Positions 41,674-51,954 of a DNA stretch of 64,000 nucleotides are shown here, piece by piece. The notes under the pieces were generated by a model. It saw only the letters and a program-made list of their open reading frames with translations, was not told where the DNA came from and ran no database searches. The stretch is taken from NCBI GenBank assembly GCA_965222375.1, contig CBDCTZ010000014.1, positions 352,001 through 416,000 of the forward strand, written 5' to 3'. Every line of letters starts with the position of its first letter. Positions within the stretch are counted from its first letter, which is position 1. The DNA comes from Polyangiaceae bacterium. GTDB lineage: Bacteria > Myxococcota_A > Polyangia > Polyangiales > Polyangiaceae. The translations under genes were made by a program, and so were the position numbers.

Positions 41674-42947
41674 GCGACGCGCTGGAGTTGGCCGTCGTGC
41701 GCTCCAACAATTCTCAGCTCGCCCACTACGCCGGCGCGCATGGCGCGGGTCACTCGGCGCAGGTCGTTGCCTGCAACCGTCGGTGGCTTGCGTGCCAGCC
41801 GCAGGTCGATGGCTGATGCTAGGGACCAGAGCGAGCCTTCCATCGTTGCATTGATTCGACGCACGAAGCCTACGCGGAGAGCAAAGCGTCGGGTACGGAT
41901 CCGGTACCCCAACTCCAACGCTGGGCGCGCCGCTGCTCGCAACTCGTGCCCGGGGCGCGCGAGTACAGAAGCGAGCTGACGCGCAATGGCGATCAACTGT
42001 GGGGCGCCGTCGGGTGCCAATATCTCCGCGGGTTCGCCGCCCCATGCGGACGAACGTGCCCGCGTACTGGGTAGGGGCCGCACACCGAGGTGGGTCAGTT
42101 GATTGCGAGGGATCCCGTCGATCAAGCCTTGGGCGATTCCCGGCGCTCCCCAGCTGCCGGCGTCGTCGCCGCTGAATAGAACAACCCAGCCAAAAACCCC
42201 TCCATCGAGCTTCTGAGCGCCAGAACGGGGCTTGTGTAGGTACTGCCCCAGCCAGGACAGGTCGGTCTCCCCAGCCTCGAAAGCTCGCAGAGATTCGCTC
42301 AGGTCGTTGGCGCTGCGCACCTCGATCCGATCGAGGTATGAAGCGCCTCGGGCCGCAGACAGGTTTCGACGGAAGGTCAGCACTCGGCGCCGAAGCTCGG
42401 CTCGGAACGCGCCTGTGCCATCCGGTGCCGTCGGTGAGAAGCCCCGAGGCACGATTGCGGTCACGTCCAGCGCTAGACGCGCGGCCGCGCGGGCTGGCGC
42501 CATTGCCCGCACACGAATGGCGCGGGGCTCGTCGGGGTCGCCTCGAAAGGGCATCAGCCCCGCAAGCGGCCCGGCAGCCCCACGTCCGGACGCACGCTTC
42601 AGGGAGAACAACACATCTCTGGCGTCGAGAGCGCGACCTCGCGCCGTCATCAAGTTAGGACGGAGCCGGATCCGCAGCTGACTGCCCACCCGTTCCGGCA
42701 TGCCATCTGCCAATGCAGGGTACACTCTGCCGGTTGAATCGAGGGCGTAGAGGCTATCCGCGCAGAGATTGCTGAAGAGTGCACTGGTCGCGTCGTCCAC
42801 AGCGTGGGGATCTAGGCTTCGAACTGGCCACGGCAACGAAATCCGAAGCTGTCCGCCGTAGGGGATTCGACCCAACGCGGCGGCGCCGGTGCTCGCCAAG
42901 GTACCGACCAGCAGTGCTCGTCGCGCGAGCGTCAGCGAAGGATCCAT
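41634..42947 (-). CDS. Family-5 extracellular solute-binding-like protein with twin-arginine signal
   Basis: LARRALL signal; YGGQLRI...SLDP, DSLYALD..G..PALA, LDARDVLFSL, GTGAF, YLDRIEV; ATG at 42947. Confidence 0.75.
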   Translation of the reverse strand: MDPSLTLARRALLVGTLASTGAAALGRIPYGGQLRISLPWPVRSLDPHAVDDATSALFSNLCADSLYALDSTGRVYPALADGMPERVGSQLRIRLRPNLMTARGRALDARDVLFSLKRASGRGAAGPLAGLMPFRGDPDEPRAIRVRAMAPARAAARLALDVTAIVPRGFSPTAPDGTGAFRAELRRRVLTFRRNLSAARGASYLDRIEVRSANDLSESLRAFEAGETDLSWLGQYLHKPRSGAQKLDGGVFGWVVLFSGDDAGSWGAPGIAQGLIDGIPRNQLTHLGVRPLPSTRARSSAWGGEPAEILAPDGAPQLIAIARQLASVLARPGHELRAAARPALELGYRIRTRRFALRVGFVRRINATMEGSLWSLASAIDLRLARKPPTVAGNDLRRVTRAMRAGVVGELRIVGAHDGQLQRVAQWDLGAVFRKRP

Positions 42948-44284
42948 GCTCCCCCGGTTGTTGCGACCACGATCGGGCGCATACTGGTGCTCGTTTCTGC
43001 ACCACACACGCCAATCGCGGACACGCCGCTGGGAATGCCAACTCGGAATCTCACTTTGAGTGTGCCGTCTCGTTGCCAAGTACGTACGACGAGCGCGTCC
43101 GCAGCGGGCGTCATGGTGTTGGCGCTGCCGAGCAACTCAGGCTGGCCGTCCCCGTCCAAGTCTGCAACGGCGAGTTGAGCGCCCACACCAGCGGCCTGGG
43201 CGCTGCGGGCCTGGCTGTCAAAGAGGTCCACGACGTCCTCGTTGGCGCGCCGGGCCGCGCGTACGACCCGAACCTCACCGTTTTTCGAGGCAATCAGTGC
43301 GCCCGCAACTGCGTCCGCAGGCCGTGGAGCCCGCGCAGCACCGGGTTCTCTGTCGGAGGCGTGACACTTCTTGATCTGGGGCCGCACGGAGATGCCGGTG
43401 ACATGTGCGCACCCGCCTCCGCCCCAGGGGATGTTTCGCCCGAGTCGCCGCACGATGCGGCCCGAGCCGTCGATACGCACGGCGTCCAGTCGATCGCTCA
43501 CGCCCACGTCGAAAAGGCCAGCGCTGCGGATCACGGCGCCGCCAATGGGCTGTCGCAACGGGCTTCGGGACAGCACGGAGAGCTTGGACCACTGCAAGGT
43601 GCGGTGTTGTGTGAGCTTGCCTGCTCGAATGCGTCCGATGCGAATACGGTGGCGGCCGACCAACACGATTTCCTGGTCGCCCCGCCCGTCAGCGTCGCCG
43701 CAGGCAACTGCGACTGGATTGGGTTCGCCAGTCTTGACTCGCTCGATGCGTTTGGCGACCAAAGGTACTGGCGGCATGAAAGAGCGAACCTCCGCGTCTG
43801 ACTCACGCTGAGCAAAAGCGTGACGGCTGGGGCCCGGGTTGCCTGCCCGGACTCGGTCCCAAAAGCTTCGTAGGACCGAATGCAGTTGCACTACCACGCT
43901 CAGTTTTCCTCGCTCGAGTTTCGGTTGGACGAACAGAAGCCAGCCCCGGTCGCTCGCCAAACCTCGGGCTTGGGGAAGACTCGCGAGCTGTTGACTGGCT
44001 TCCGCCTTTAGGCGACCAGCTAGGACTTGGGTCACTCGCTGAGAAAGTCCTGCCGAGTCCTTGGGTGTGGCATCTGTGAACAGCGGTGCTCCCACCACCA
44101 GGGTGCCCTTGGGTATGGCGCCCAGCTGCCTGTTCACCTCGCAGCCCAGCTCCGCGATGGCGCTGCCGGAGTTGACCGGGCATTGACCGGGGGCGGCGGT
44201 CGAGGGCGGTCCCTGGCCGCTAGAAATGGCAGCCCAGGTCAATCCTGCAGCTGCCCAGCCCGCCCGAAGGCTCCAATGACGCAT
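42932..44284 (-). CDS. Secreted FG-GAP/VCBS-repeat protein
   Basis: Signal peptide; AVACGDADGRGDQEIVLV and LAVADLDGDGQPELL Ca-binding motifs. Confidence 0.7.
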   Translation of the reverse strand: MRHWSLRAGWAAAGLTWAAISSGQGPPSTAAPGQCPVNSGSAIAELGCEVNRQLGAIPKGTLVVGAPLFTDATPKDSAGLSQRVTQVLAGRLKAEASQQLASLPQARGLASDRGWLLFVQPKLERGKLSVVVQLHSVLRSFWDRVRAGNPGPSRHAFAQRESDAEVRSFMPPVPLVAKRIERVKTGEPNPVAVACGDADGRGDQEIVLVGRHRIRIGRIRAGKLTQHRTLQWSKLSVLSRSPLRQPIGGAVIRSAGLFDVGVSDRLDAVRIDGSGRIVRRLGRNIPWGGGGCAHVTGISVRPQIKKCHASDREPGAARAPRPADAVAGALIASKNGEVRVVRAARRANEDVVDLFDSQARSAQAAGVGAQLAVADLDGDGQPELLGSANTMTPAADALVVRTWQRDGTLKVRFRVGIPSGVSAIGVCGAETSTSMRPIVVATTGGAWILR

Positions 44285-45056
44285 GGGAATTTCTCGCCTC
44301 CTTGCGATCCGGGAGGATAAACCGAACCGCTTTGCTCCATCCTGTGATATCCGACGGGGCGGTTTGCTTTTCCGAACCTACGCCCTTTTTTCGGCGCTGG
44401 GCATTGCCCTGATGCTGATGCTCTGGCCGGCCCTCGCACAAGCCCAGTGTGTGGATGAGGCGCTCAAGGAGCAACTTGTCGGTCGCCGCGCGTATCGTGG
44501 GGTTACACCGCGTTTGTTCAAAAAGGCGCTGCGTCACGAAGTATCCGCCATGGGTGGGTGGTACGCCGGCGATATTTCCGATGGCGCACCGGTCTATGGC
44601 GGCGCCTATACCTTCCATTTCAGCGAGTACCTGGGACTCGAGGCCTCCTATTTCCGCACACGGCAGAAGTACGGTTTGTTGCAGGCGATCATCGATCGGC
44701 AGCAGGGCCTGGTCGCGTTCGTCGAGTCTCCTGAGGAGGACGTGCAGCTCTTCCTTGGTCACCTGGTTTGGTCCTTGGCCTACGGCAAAGTGCGGTGGCT
44801 CGGCGGTGGGATCAGTCGCTTCGATTTCTATCTTTCACTTGGAGCAGGCGCGACGGATACCGCCGCCACGGGCGGGCTTGGGATCACGGGTTCAGGTGGG
44901 TTTGGCCTGAAGTTCTATCTGCTGGATTGGCTCGCACTGCGCCTGGATGCTCGCGATCACGTTCGAAACCATCGCGCACCCTTGGGCGTCGACAAGGTGG
45001 TGAACGACATCTCGCTGATGGGCGGGCTTAGTTTCTTCATTCCGTTCAAGAGCTGA
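44283..45056 (+). CDS. Myxobacterial outer-membrane beta-barrel protein (GltA/GltB-like)
   Basis: RLFKKALRHEV, YTFHFSEYLGLE, WSLAYGK, FDFYLSLGAG, GFGLKFYL..WLALRLD.RD, terminal GLSFFIP; true start probably later than 44283. Confidence 0.75.
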   Translation: MGISRLLAIREDKPNRFAPSCDIRRGGLLFRTYALFSALGIALMLMLWPALAQAQCVDEALKEQLVGRRAYRGVTPRLFKKALRHEVSAMGGWYAGDISDGAPVYGGAYTFHFSEYLGLEASYFRTRQKYGLLQAIIDRQQGLVAFVESPEEDVQLFLGHLVWSLAYGKVRWLGGGISRFDFYLSLGAGATDTAATGGLGITGSGGFGLKFYLLDWLALRLDARDHVRNHRAPLGVDKVVNDISLMGGLSFFIPFKS

Positions 45057-45063
45057 CTCGCTC

Positions 45064-45570
45064 ATGCCGCTCGCGGTTGACGCCAACGACAATTCGCGGC
45101 GACTCTGCTACCAAGACGTCGAGGCGCGCATCGAATCGCTCCTCAAGGGCGAGCAAGACTGGATTGCCGCGCTCGCCACGGTGGCGGCGGAACTGCATGG
45201 CTCCTTCGCTTACTTCAATTGGACCGGCTTCTACCGCCTGACCACGCCCGCTGAGCTCGTGATCGGGCCGTACCAGGGTGGACACGGCTGCATCCGCATA
45301 CCGCTGGCGCGGGGCGTGTGTGGCACGGCAGCTGCAACTCGGGAGATCCAACGAGTCGACGATGTCTCCACGTTTCCGGACCACATTGCCTGCGCTGCGA
45401 GCACGCAGTCGGAGATTGTCGTTCCGATCGTCACCCCAGAGGGAAGAGTTCTCGGGGTTTTGGACGTGGATTCAGACTCCCCAGGTGCGTTCTCGTCGGT
45501 GGACGAGGAGTGCTTGGCGCGAATCGTTGTGGATCTTGGTTGCCGCTTTCAGCATGTGCAGATCCCGTGA
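45064..45570 (+). CDS. msrC: GAF-domain free methionine-R-sulfoxide reductase
   Basis: WTGFY, GPYQG..GCIRIP..RGVCGTAA, DHIAC...SEIVVP, GVLDVDS; all three Cys present. Confidence 0.85.
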   Translation: MPLAVDANDNSRRLCYQDVEARIESLLKGEQDWIAALATVAAELHGSFAYFNWTGFYRLTTPAELVIGPYQGGHGCIRIPLARGVCGTAAATREIQRVDDVSTFPDHIACAASTQSEIVVPIVTPEGRVLGVLDVDSDSPGAFSSVDEECLARIVVDLGCRFQHVQIP

Positions 45571-45689
45571 CGCACGTAGCGGGGCTGAGGTGATTTCGGT
45601 TGGTACCTGCCGCCACGCGACCAAGCAGCTGGAATCGTTGGTCTTTTCGCGTCCCGAGCGTTGCCCCGAGCGTGCTAACGTATGCAACC

Positions 45690-46427
45690 GTGAGTGCACA
45701 AACGAAGCCCCTGGCCCGGGTCCTGGGCGCCCTGGCGATCGTACTGCTTGCGGTGGTCGCCGTCGGGCAGCCGAAGAAGGACAAGGCCGGCAAAAAGGAC
45801 GACGAGGAGCCCGTCGCGACTGAAGACGCTGGCGCCGCGGCGCCCACGACCGACCCCGGGGATGATCTCGGGCCTCCTCCGCCGAAGCGGAAAAACAAGG
45901 ACGACGCGGTTCGCAAGTCACCCCTGAACCCGGAGGCGAACGAGTTCTCCGACGGAGGTGCTCGACCACCTCCGCCCGAATACGACAAACTGCTCGGTGA
46001 GATCGCCGCGCTGCGTGGGCGTGTCGCGTCCCTGACCACTACCCTGTTCGCGAGCAAACTCCGTGTGGTTGTCGAGACCGACGATCACGACGATGCACGC
46101 ATCACGAAGCTCGTCGTGACTCTCGATGACGGAGTGGTTTACTCAGCTCCGCCCCGCTTCAGTGCTGAGGATGGCAAGGTCGTGTACGAGCACGCCGTAG
46201 CGCCGGGTCACCATGTGCTGGGGATCGAAGTCGAGCGCAGCGATTCGCGCGGCAAAGAGTTCCAAACCTGGCAGGCGACGAAGACGAGCATCATCGTGCC
46301 CGAGAGCAAGTTGCTACTCGCCGAAATTCTGCTCGAAGATGACTCGGACATGGCGGAGGACTTCCCGGACGACCAGGACGGAGAGTACGAACTCAACGTC
46401 AGCGTTCGGGCTCAGGTCGACGAATGA
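45690..46427 (+). CDS. Secreted hypothetical protein (coiled coil + Ig/PEGA-like), first gene of the TPR cluster
   Basis: Signal-like N-terminus from GTG 45690; LVVTLDDGVVY...VAPGHHVLGIEV; overlaps the next start. Confidence 0.7.
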   Translation: MSAQTKPLARVLGALAIVLLAVVAVGQPKKDKAGKKDDEEPVATEDAGAAAPTTDPGDDLGPPPPKRKNKDDAVRKSPLNPEANEFSDGGARPPPPEYDKLLGEIAALRGRVASLTTTLFASKLRVVVETDDHDDARITKLVVTLDDGVVYSAPPRFSAEDGKVVYEHAVAPGHHVLGIEVERSDSRGKEFQTWQATKTSIIVPESKLLLAEILLEDDSDMAEDFPDDQDGEYELNVSVRAQVDE

Positions 46428-48571
46428 CGAACGCCGCGAAGATCTTATCGAGCACGTTCGCTAGCCTGATCGTTCTAGGCCTTGCCGGCAGTGCACTGGC
46501 TCAGCAGTCCGGGAAAAAGGGCGAAAAGTCCGCCAGTGGCCAGTCTGACAGCCCCTACGGGGACGCCGACGAAAAGGGCGGAGCAAAGCCGCCGCCCGAG
46601 GAAGCGACTCCGACTGGAAAGGCTTCGGAAACGCCGAAGCCCGGGCCGGAAGAAAAGCCAGAGAAAGAGAAGAACAGTCCCGGTGACGTGAACGACCCCG
46701 GGGCTCCGGACACCATGAGCGCTGGTGCCCAGGCCTACCAGAAGGCCCTCAAACGTCGGCGGATGGCTGCCACGACACCGCTCAGCAGACAGCGCCTGCG
46801 CGACGAGCTTTCCAAGGTTGAAGCGAAACTCGCCGATGGTCGTCGCGACGAAGCCATTGGAGACCTAGTCTACTTGGTCGAGTCACCTCGGTTTACACCT
46901 TTCGCGGCGAGTGAAGAAGGGCGCAACGCTCAGTTCTTGCTCGGGGACTCGCTGGGACGGGGAGGTGCGGTCAAGCCTGCTCGCGGCTACTTGGTAAAGC
47001 TGCTGACGGGAAGCCAATCCGATATTTGGTACAGGCGCGCTGTCCGCAGTCTGGTCGATTTCGGCCTCGAGAGTGAGCAACCGGAAGCTATCTTGGGTGA
47101 CCTGGCAAAGGTCTCCAAGGGCGCGCCCGAGGAAATGCGCGCAGACATTGCCTACCTGACGGGGCGAACTCACGAGAAGCGCGGTAGGCGCGCCCAAGCG
47201 TTGGCGGAGCTCGCCAAGGTATCGCCCCGCTCGCGTTTCTGGGCACAAGCAACCTACCTCTCAGGCATGCTGGAGGTGGAGCGAGGCGCCTACAAGAAGG
47301 GCGAGAATCTCTTCTGCAAGGTTGCGGACCCAAAGCTGACTCCCAAGAAGGCACCGCTTTTCGGTGGCACGGATTTCTTTCGGGTCCGAGATTTGGCTCG
47401 CCTCGCCTTGGGGCGAGTGGCCCACGAACGGTATCGATTCGACGATGCCCGCTACTACTACTACTTGGTGCCCCGGGACTCGGATCATCTGCCCGAGGCC
47501 CTCTACGAGGCCGCTACAACTCGCTACGAAGCGAAAGACTACGACGGCGCTCGGGAACTGATGAACGAGCTGACCGCCCTTGACGTCCATCACCCCTACG
47601 AAGACGAAGCTTGGGTCTTCGACGCCTATCTGGACCTCGCCATGTGTCGCTTCCTCAAGGCTGACGCAAAGCTAGGCGAATTCCTCAAGCGCTATGAACC
47701 CGTACGCAACACGGCGCGTCGCATCGCCAAGGACGACAAGGCCGTTCAGCGGCTCGTGGAGGCCGTCCGCACCGGGGCCGACCCTGCTGCCAGTGGCGTC
47801 GCTGGAAACGCCAAGGTCGTCCGCACCCTGGGCGCGCTGCTCCGCTTGGACGCCGGCTACGGACGTGCTTCGCGGCGCTTGGCGCAGCTAGACCACCAGC
47901 TCTCGGGTCTGCGCGGAGCCCTCGGCGAGTTGGACGAAGCGAGCCGGCGCCTGGCAACGCCGAAATCCGTGCGCCCTCAAGCCAAGGGCTCCCTCGCGGA
48001 GTCGCCGGTCGACAAGGTCGCGCGAATCGAGTCGCAGCTTGCCGAGGTCAAGCGACTGCTGCGGGAGGCAGAGCGTAGCAGCAAGGCCAAAAAATCCGAA
48101 CTCAAGTCTCTCGCGAAACAGGTCGAAGCCCTCCAGATCAAGGCAAGGGCAGCACGTGTTGCTACGACGCCGGAAGCTGCCAAAGCCGCGAAGAAAGGCA
48201 CGACGGATTCGGATCTCGCGGAAGTGATTCGCAAGGACCGCGCCCGCGCCGTCAGGCTTTATGCCGACGCCGAGAAGCTACGCACCTTGGTCGAAGGACA
48301 GCAGCTGGCTCTGGCGAAAGATGCTTTGGTCCGCCTGGACAGACGTCTATCCAGGTTGCTGCGCCGTGCCCGCCTGGGCAAAGTGGAAACCGTGTTGGGG
48401 CAGAAGCGGGCCCTGGAGCTCGAGGTGGAAGCTCTGTCTCAGGGGCTCCTGCCCCAGACCATCGTCGACTCACTGGATGCACAGCGTTACCTCCAGGACG
48501 ACGAGGAGTACTGGCCCTTCGACGGAGAGGACTGGGAGGACGAGTACGTTGGCGGTGAGGGGCTGCGATGA
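46424..48571 (+). CDS. Periplasmic TPR protein (GltC-like)
   Basis: Signal peptide; TPRs; RDLARLALGRVAHE...YYYLVPRDS...EALYE; C-terminal EEYWPFDGEDWEDE motif. Confidence 0.75.
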   Translation: MTNAAKILSSTFASLIVLGLAGSALAQQSGKKGEKSASGQSDSPYGDADEKGGAKPPPEEATPTGKASETPKPGPEEKPEKEKNSPGDVNDPGAPDTMSAGAQAYQKALKRRRMAATTPLSRQRLRDELSKVEAKLADGRRDEAIGDLVYLVESPRFTPFAASEEGRNAQFLLGDSLGRGGAVKPARGYLVKLLTGSQSDIWYRRAVRSLVDFGLESEQPEAILGDLAKVSKGAPEEMRADIAYLTGRTHEKRGRRAQALAELAKVSPRSRFWAQATYLSGMLEVERGAYKKGENLFCKVADPKLTPKKAPLFGGTDFFRVRDLARLALGRVAHERYRFDDARYYYYLVPRDSDHLPEALYEAATTRYEAKDYDGARELMNELTALDVHHPYEDEAWVFDAYLDLAMCRFLKADAKLGEFLKRYEPVRNTARRIAKDDKAVQRLVEAVRTGADPAASGVAGNAKVVRTLGALLRLDAGYGRASRRLAQLDHQLSGLRGALGELDEASRRLATPKSVRPQAKGSLAESPVDKVARIESQLAEVKRLLREAERSSKAKKSELKSLAKQVEALQIKARAARVATTPEAAKAAKKGTTDSDLAEVIRKDRARAVRLYADAEKLRTLVEGQQLALAKDALVRLDRRLSRLLRRARLGKVETVLGQKRALELEVEALSQGLLPQTIVDSLDAQRYLQDDEEYWPFDGEDWEDEYVGGEGLR

Positions 48572-51500
48572 GACAGGCGGTTGCTCTTGGGCTTGCGCTG
48601 TTTCTGTGTGTCGGCCAGGTCTTTGCGCAGGCGGATACAGCCGCCCCCTCAATGAAGGGGGAGAAGAGCAGCATCAAGCCCGTCGGAGAGCGCAAGCTCG
48701 GCAAGCGAGAACGACCCACCCACAAGAAGAGAGCGGCGAAGAAGAAGCGAGACGCCCGGGCAACCCGGGTGTCCCTGCAGATCCCCAAACGTCTTCGGGC
48801 ATCCCTGGACCGAAAGATCGACGCAAGGATCGCCTGGAACGTGGGCCAACAGAAGCGGCTGCGGAAGCAAGCGTTGAAGCTGCTCGAGAAGTTCGTCAAC
48901 GAGTCCCCGAAGACAGCGCGGGAGCTTCCGGAAGCTCTGCTACGCCTCGGCGAGCTGGAGTGGGAACAGGCGCGGGACGACTTCCTCGTCGAGTTCAACC
49001 GCTGGGAGAAGAAGCCAGCTGACCAGCGCGGAGAGCCGCCGGCCCCTAACTACAAGAAAGCACGCTCTCGGTTCCTACGTGTGCTCAAGAACCACAAAAC
49101 GTTTCGACAGTACGACCTAGCGCTCTACGTCGACGGCTTCTTGGCCAATGAAGAGGGCAAGTTCGAGGAGTCTCTCGGGCGGTTCAATAAGATCCTCGCC
49201 TGGTTTCCCAAGAGCCGGTTCGTGCCTGATGCGCATATGATTCGTGCCGAGTACGAGTTTACCAAAGACTTCCCGAATTACGAGACCGCGTATAACGAAT
49301 ACGAGCTGGTCCTGCGCCACAAGGACAGCCAGCTGTACGATATCGCTCTGTTCAAGAGCGCGTGGTGCCTGTGGCGTCTAGGCAAGACGGCGGAAGCCGC
49401 GCGGCGCTTTCTGGCCGTGTTCAAGGAAACCGCGGACGCCGCCAGCAAGCGAGGTAAGTCCAAAGACGAAATCGACGAGCTTCAACGGGAAGCACTCAAG
49501 AACCTCGTGGCCGTCTTCGTCGAAGACGAAAAGAACCGCGCCGAAGACATGCACAAATTCCTGGTGCAGGCAGGGGGCGACAAGTTTGCGGGTCGAATTG
49601 TCCGGGCTTTGGCGGATGCCCTCTACGAGCAGGCCCACTATGAGCGAGGAATCGAGGCGTACCGCCTGCTTCTGAAGCTCGAACCGATGCACCCGGGGGC
49701 CTACAAGAATGCGCTTGCCATCGCCCAGGGGCACTCCACCATGGAGTCTTGGAAGAAGCTCCAAGGTGACTACCAGTGGATCATCAAGGAGTACGTCCCC
49801 CCCGCGCGAAAGAAGGGCAAGAAGCGCAAGAAGGCAGGTGCCTGGACGCGGGTGCAGAAGCCGAGGGTGCTGGCGGCAGCTGAGCGAGCTGTCGAGAAGC
49901 AACTGCGCGAAGACGCAATGGGGCTGCACGCCAAGGCTCAGGCGGACAAGTCGAGTCGTGCGGAATTTGCCGGCGCGGCCGGCCTCTACGAAGTATACGT
50001 TTCGCGCTTCGGCAAGCGCAAAGAGGCCTACGACGTCCACTACAACTTGGCGGAAATCTACTTCTATCATCTCGAGCAGGAGTCCAAGGCGGCAGATTCC
50101 TACCTCGCAGCCGTACGCTTGCGTCCCAAAGGCAAGCTGAATCGAGATGCTCTCTACAACGCACTGTCCGCGTTGGAGCGCGCGCGGGTCAGAGAGTTCG
50201 AGGCAGCCAAGGCCGCGGGCAAGAAGCAGAAGGAGTCTCCCCTCGACAAGAAACTTACGGAAGCAATGGAGCTCTATGTCTCCACCTATCCGAACGATCC
50301 GGATGTTCCCGAGCTCTTGTTCCGCCAGGGCAAGCTCTACTACGACTACGAGGTTTACGATCCCGCCGTGCGCCAATGGGGACTTCTTCTGGAGAAGTAC
50401 CCGCGCAGTCCGTACGCGGTCGGTGCCGGCGAGCTGATCCTCGATTCCTTCAACAAGAGCAAGGACTACGAAAACATCGAAACTTGGGCGCGGCGGCTCA
50501 AGAAGACACCGGCGTTTCTGAAGCCCGAACACCAGGCCCGGTTGAATACGCTGATCATTCAAGCCGTGTTCAAGCAGGGCGAGCAGCACGCCGAAGGCGG
50601 GAGGCATGACAAGGCTGCGGCGGCATACCTTCGCGCCGCCAAGGAGTTCCCCAAGGAGCCCCGCGCTGCGCAAGCTGCGGTGAACGCGGAAGTTAGCGCT
50701 CGTCGCGCTGCAGATCTCACGACGATGAAGGCTGCAGCCGCGCTGTTGATCAGCGACCACAAGTCACGCCCGGAGGCGGCTCAGGGCCTCTGGATAGCCG
50801 CGACGACCCACCAAGAGATTGGCTTGTTCAGCGACGCAGCGGACTATCACGAAGTCATCGTAGATAACTTCCCCAAGTTCGAGCACCACAAGGACGCGGC
50901 CTTCAATGCCGTGCTGCTGCGCACCACGGTGGGCGAGCATGCAAAGGCGATCCAGAGCGGAAACAAGTTCAAGCGTTTGTACTCTCGGGACGAGGCGGCC
51001 GACGAGGTTACTTTCTTGATGGGCAAGGCCCACGAGAAGGCCGAGAAATGGAAGGACGCTTCCAAGCTGTACGCCCGGTACGCGAGGTCTGCCCGGAGCC
51101 CGTCGAGCCAGGTCGAGGCATACGCGCGGTTGGCAACGGTTCGGGTGAAGCTCAAGGATGAGCGCGGCGCAGGCAATGCCCTGAGGAACGCGCTGCGCGT
51201 CTACAAGCAGCGCAAAGGCGCAATGGACGACAGCGGCAAGTATTTCGCCGCCAAAGCGCGCTACCTGCAGGGCGAACGGATCTTAGCGGAGTACGAAGCT
51301 GTCAAGATCGAAGGGGACGTCAAGCAGTTGAAGAAGCGCTTGAAGCGAAAGAGCGCGCTGCTCAAGAAGGCGGCGGATACGTTCCTTAGCACCGCGGAGA
51401 TTGGCGTAGCGGAGTGGACGACCGCAGCGCTGTACCAGATCGGATTCACCTATGAATCCTTCTCGAAGGCGTTGCTCAATTCACCGCCGCCTGACGCCCT

Positions 51501-51954
51501 GAGCAAGGGCGACAAGGAAGTTTACAAGCAGCAGATCGAAGAGTTCGTCATCCCAATCGAGGAGCGGGCAATTGAAGCCTATGAAAGCGGGTGGCTCAAA
51601 GCCCGTGAACTCGGCATCTACAACTCTTGGACTGCGAAGATGCGTGCCGCCCTCGGACGGCTCAACTCCGAGCTCTTCCCGCCCCTGCGTGAGATTGGTT
51701 TTGAGCTGCGCTCCAAGGGCCCCTCCCAGTTCCCGGAGCTCATCGATGGGACGCGGCGGACGAAGTCACGGCGAAGCGAGGCCTATTTGATCCCCCTCGA
51801 GCCCGTCGAGGACAAGCTGAAGCTCGAAAAGGACGAGGACGACAAGGGCAAGGAGGACAAGGACAAAGACGACGAGGATGACAAGGACAAAGGCAACAAG
51901 GACGACAAGGACAAGGACGACAAGAAGGACGCCAAGAAAGGAGCCAAGAAGTGA
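48568..51954 (+). CDS. Large TPR protein (GltD/AgmU-like)
   Basis: Signal peptide; many TPRs (FPKSRFVPDAHMIRAEY, ALFKSAW); EWTTAALYQIG..Y...PPP...Y...IEE...P.EERAI..YE motif; D/K-rich tail. Confidence 0.8.
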   Translation: MRQAVALGLALFLCVGQVFAQADTAAPSMKGEKSSIKPVGERKLGKRERPTHKKRAAKKKRDARATRVSLQIPKRLRASLDRKIDARIAWNVGQQKRLRKQALKLLEKFVNESPKTARELPEALLRLGELEWEQARDDFLVEFNRWEKKPADQRGEPPAPNYKKARSRFLRVLKNHKTFRQYDLALYVDGFLANEEGKFEESLGRFNKILAWFPKSRFVPDAHMIRAEYEFTKDFPNYETAYNEYELVLRHKDSQLYDIALFKSAWCLWRLGKTAEAARRFLAVFKETADAASKRGKSKDEIDELQREALKNLVAVFVEDEKNRAEDMHKFLVQAGGDKFAGRIVRALADALYEQAHYERGIEAYRLLLKLEPMHPGAYKNALAIAQGHSTMESWKKLQGDYQWIIKEYVPPARKKGKKRKKAGAWTRVQKPRVLAAAERAVEKQLREDAMGLHAKAQADKSSRAEFAGAAGLYEVYVSRFGKRKEAYDVHYNLAEIYFYHLEQESKAADSYLAAVRLRPKGKLNRDALYNALSALERARVREFEAAKAAGKKQKESPLDKKLTEAMELYVSTYPNDPDVPELLFRQGKLYYDYEVYDPAVRQWGLLLEKYPRSPYAVGAGELILDSFNKSKDYENIETWARRLKKTPAFLKPEHQARLNTLIIQAVFKQGEQHAEGGRHDKAAAAYLRAAKEFPKEPRAAQAAVNAEVSARRAADLTTMKAAAALLISDHKSRPEAAQGLWIAATTHQEIGLFSDAADYHEVIVDNFPKFEHHKDAAFNAVLLRTTVGEHAKAIQSGNKFKRLYSRDEAADEVTFLMGKAHEKAEKWKDASKLYARYARSARSPSSQVEAYARLATVRVKLKDERGAGNALRNALRVYKQRKGAMDDSGKYFAAKARYLQGERILAEYEAVKIEGDVKQLKKRLKRKSALLKKAADTFLSTAEIGVAEWTTAALYQIGFTYESFSKALLNSPPPDALSKGDKEVYKQQIEEFVIPIEERAIEAYESGWLKARELGIYNSWTAKMRAALGRLNSELFPPLREIGFELRSKGPSQFPELIDGTRRTKSRRSEAYLIPLEPVEDKLKLEKDEDDKGKEDKDKDDEDDKDKGNKDDKDKDDKKDAKKGAKK

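Noticed and set aside
49378..50760. Long antisense ORFs (this one, 471-1607, 15932-17182, 9405-10322 and others)
   Set aside because: Shadows of real genes expected from high-GC codon bias; no motifs.
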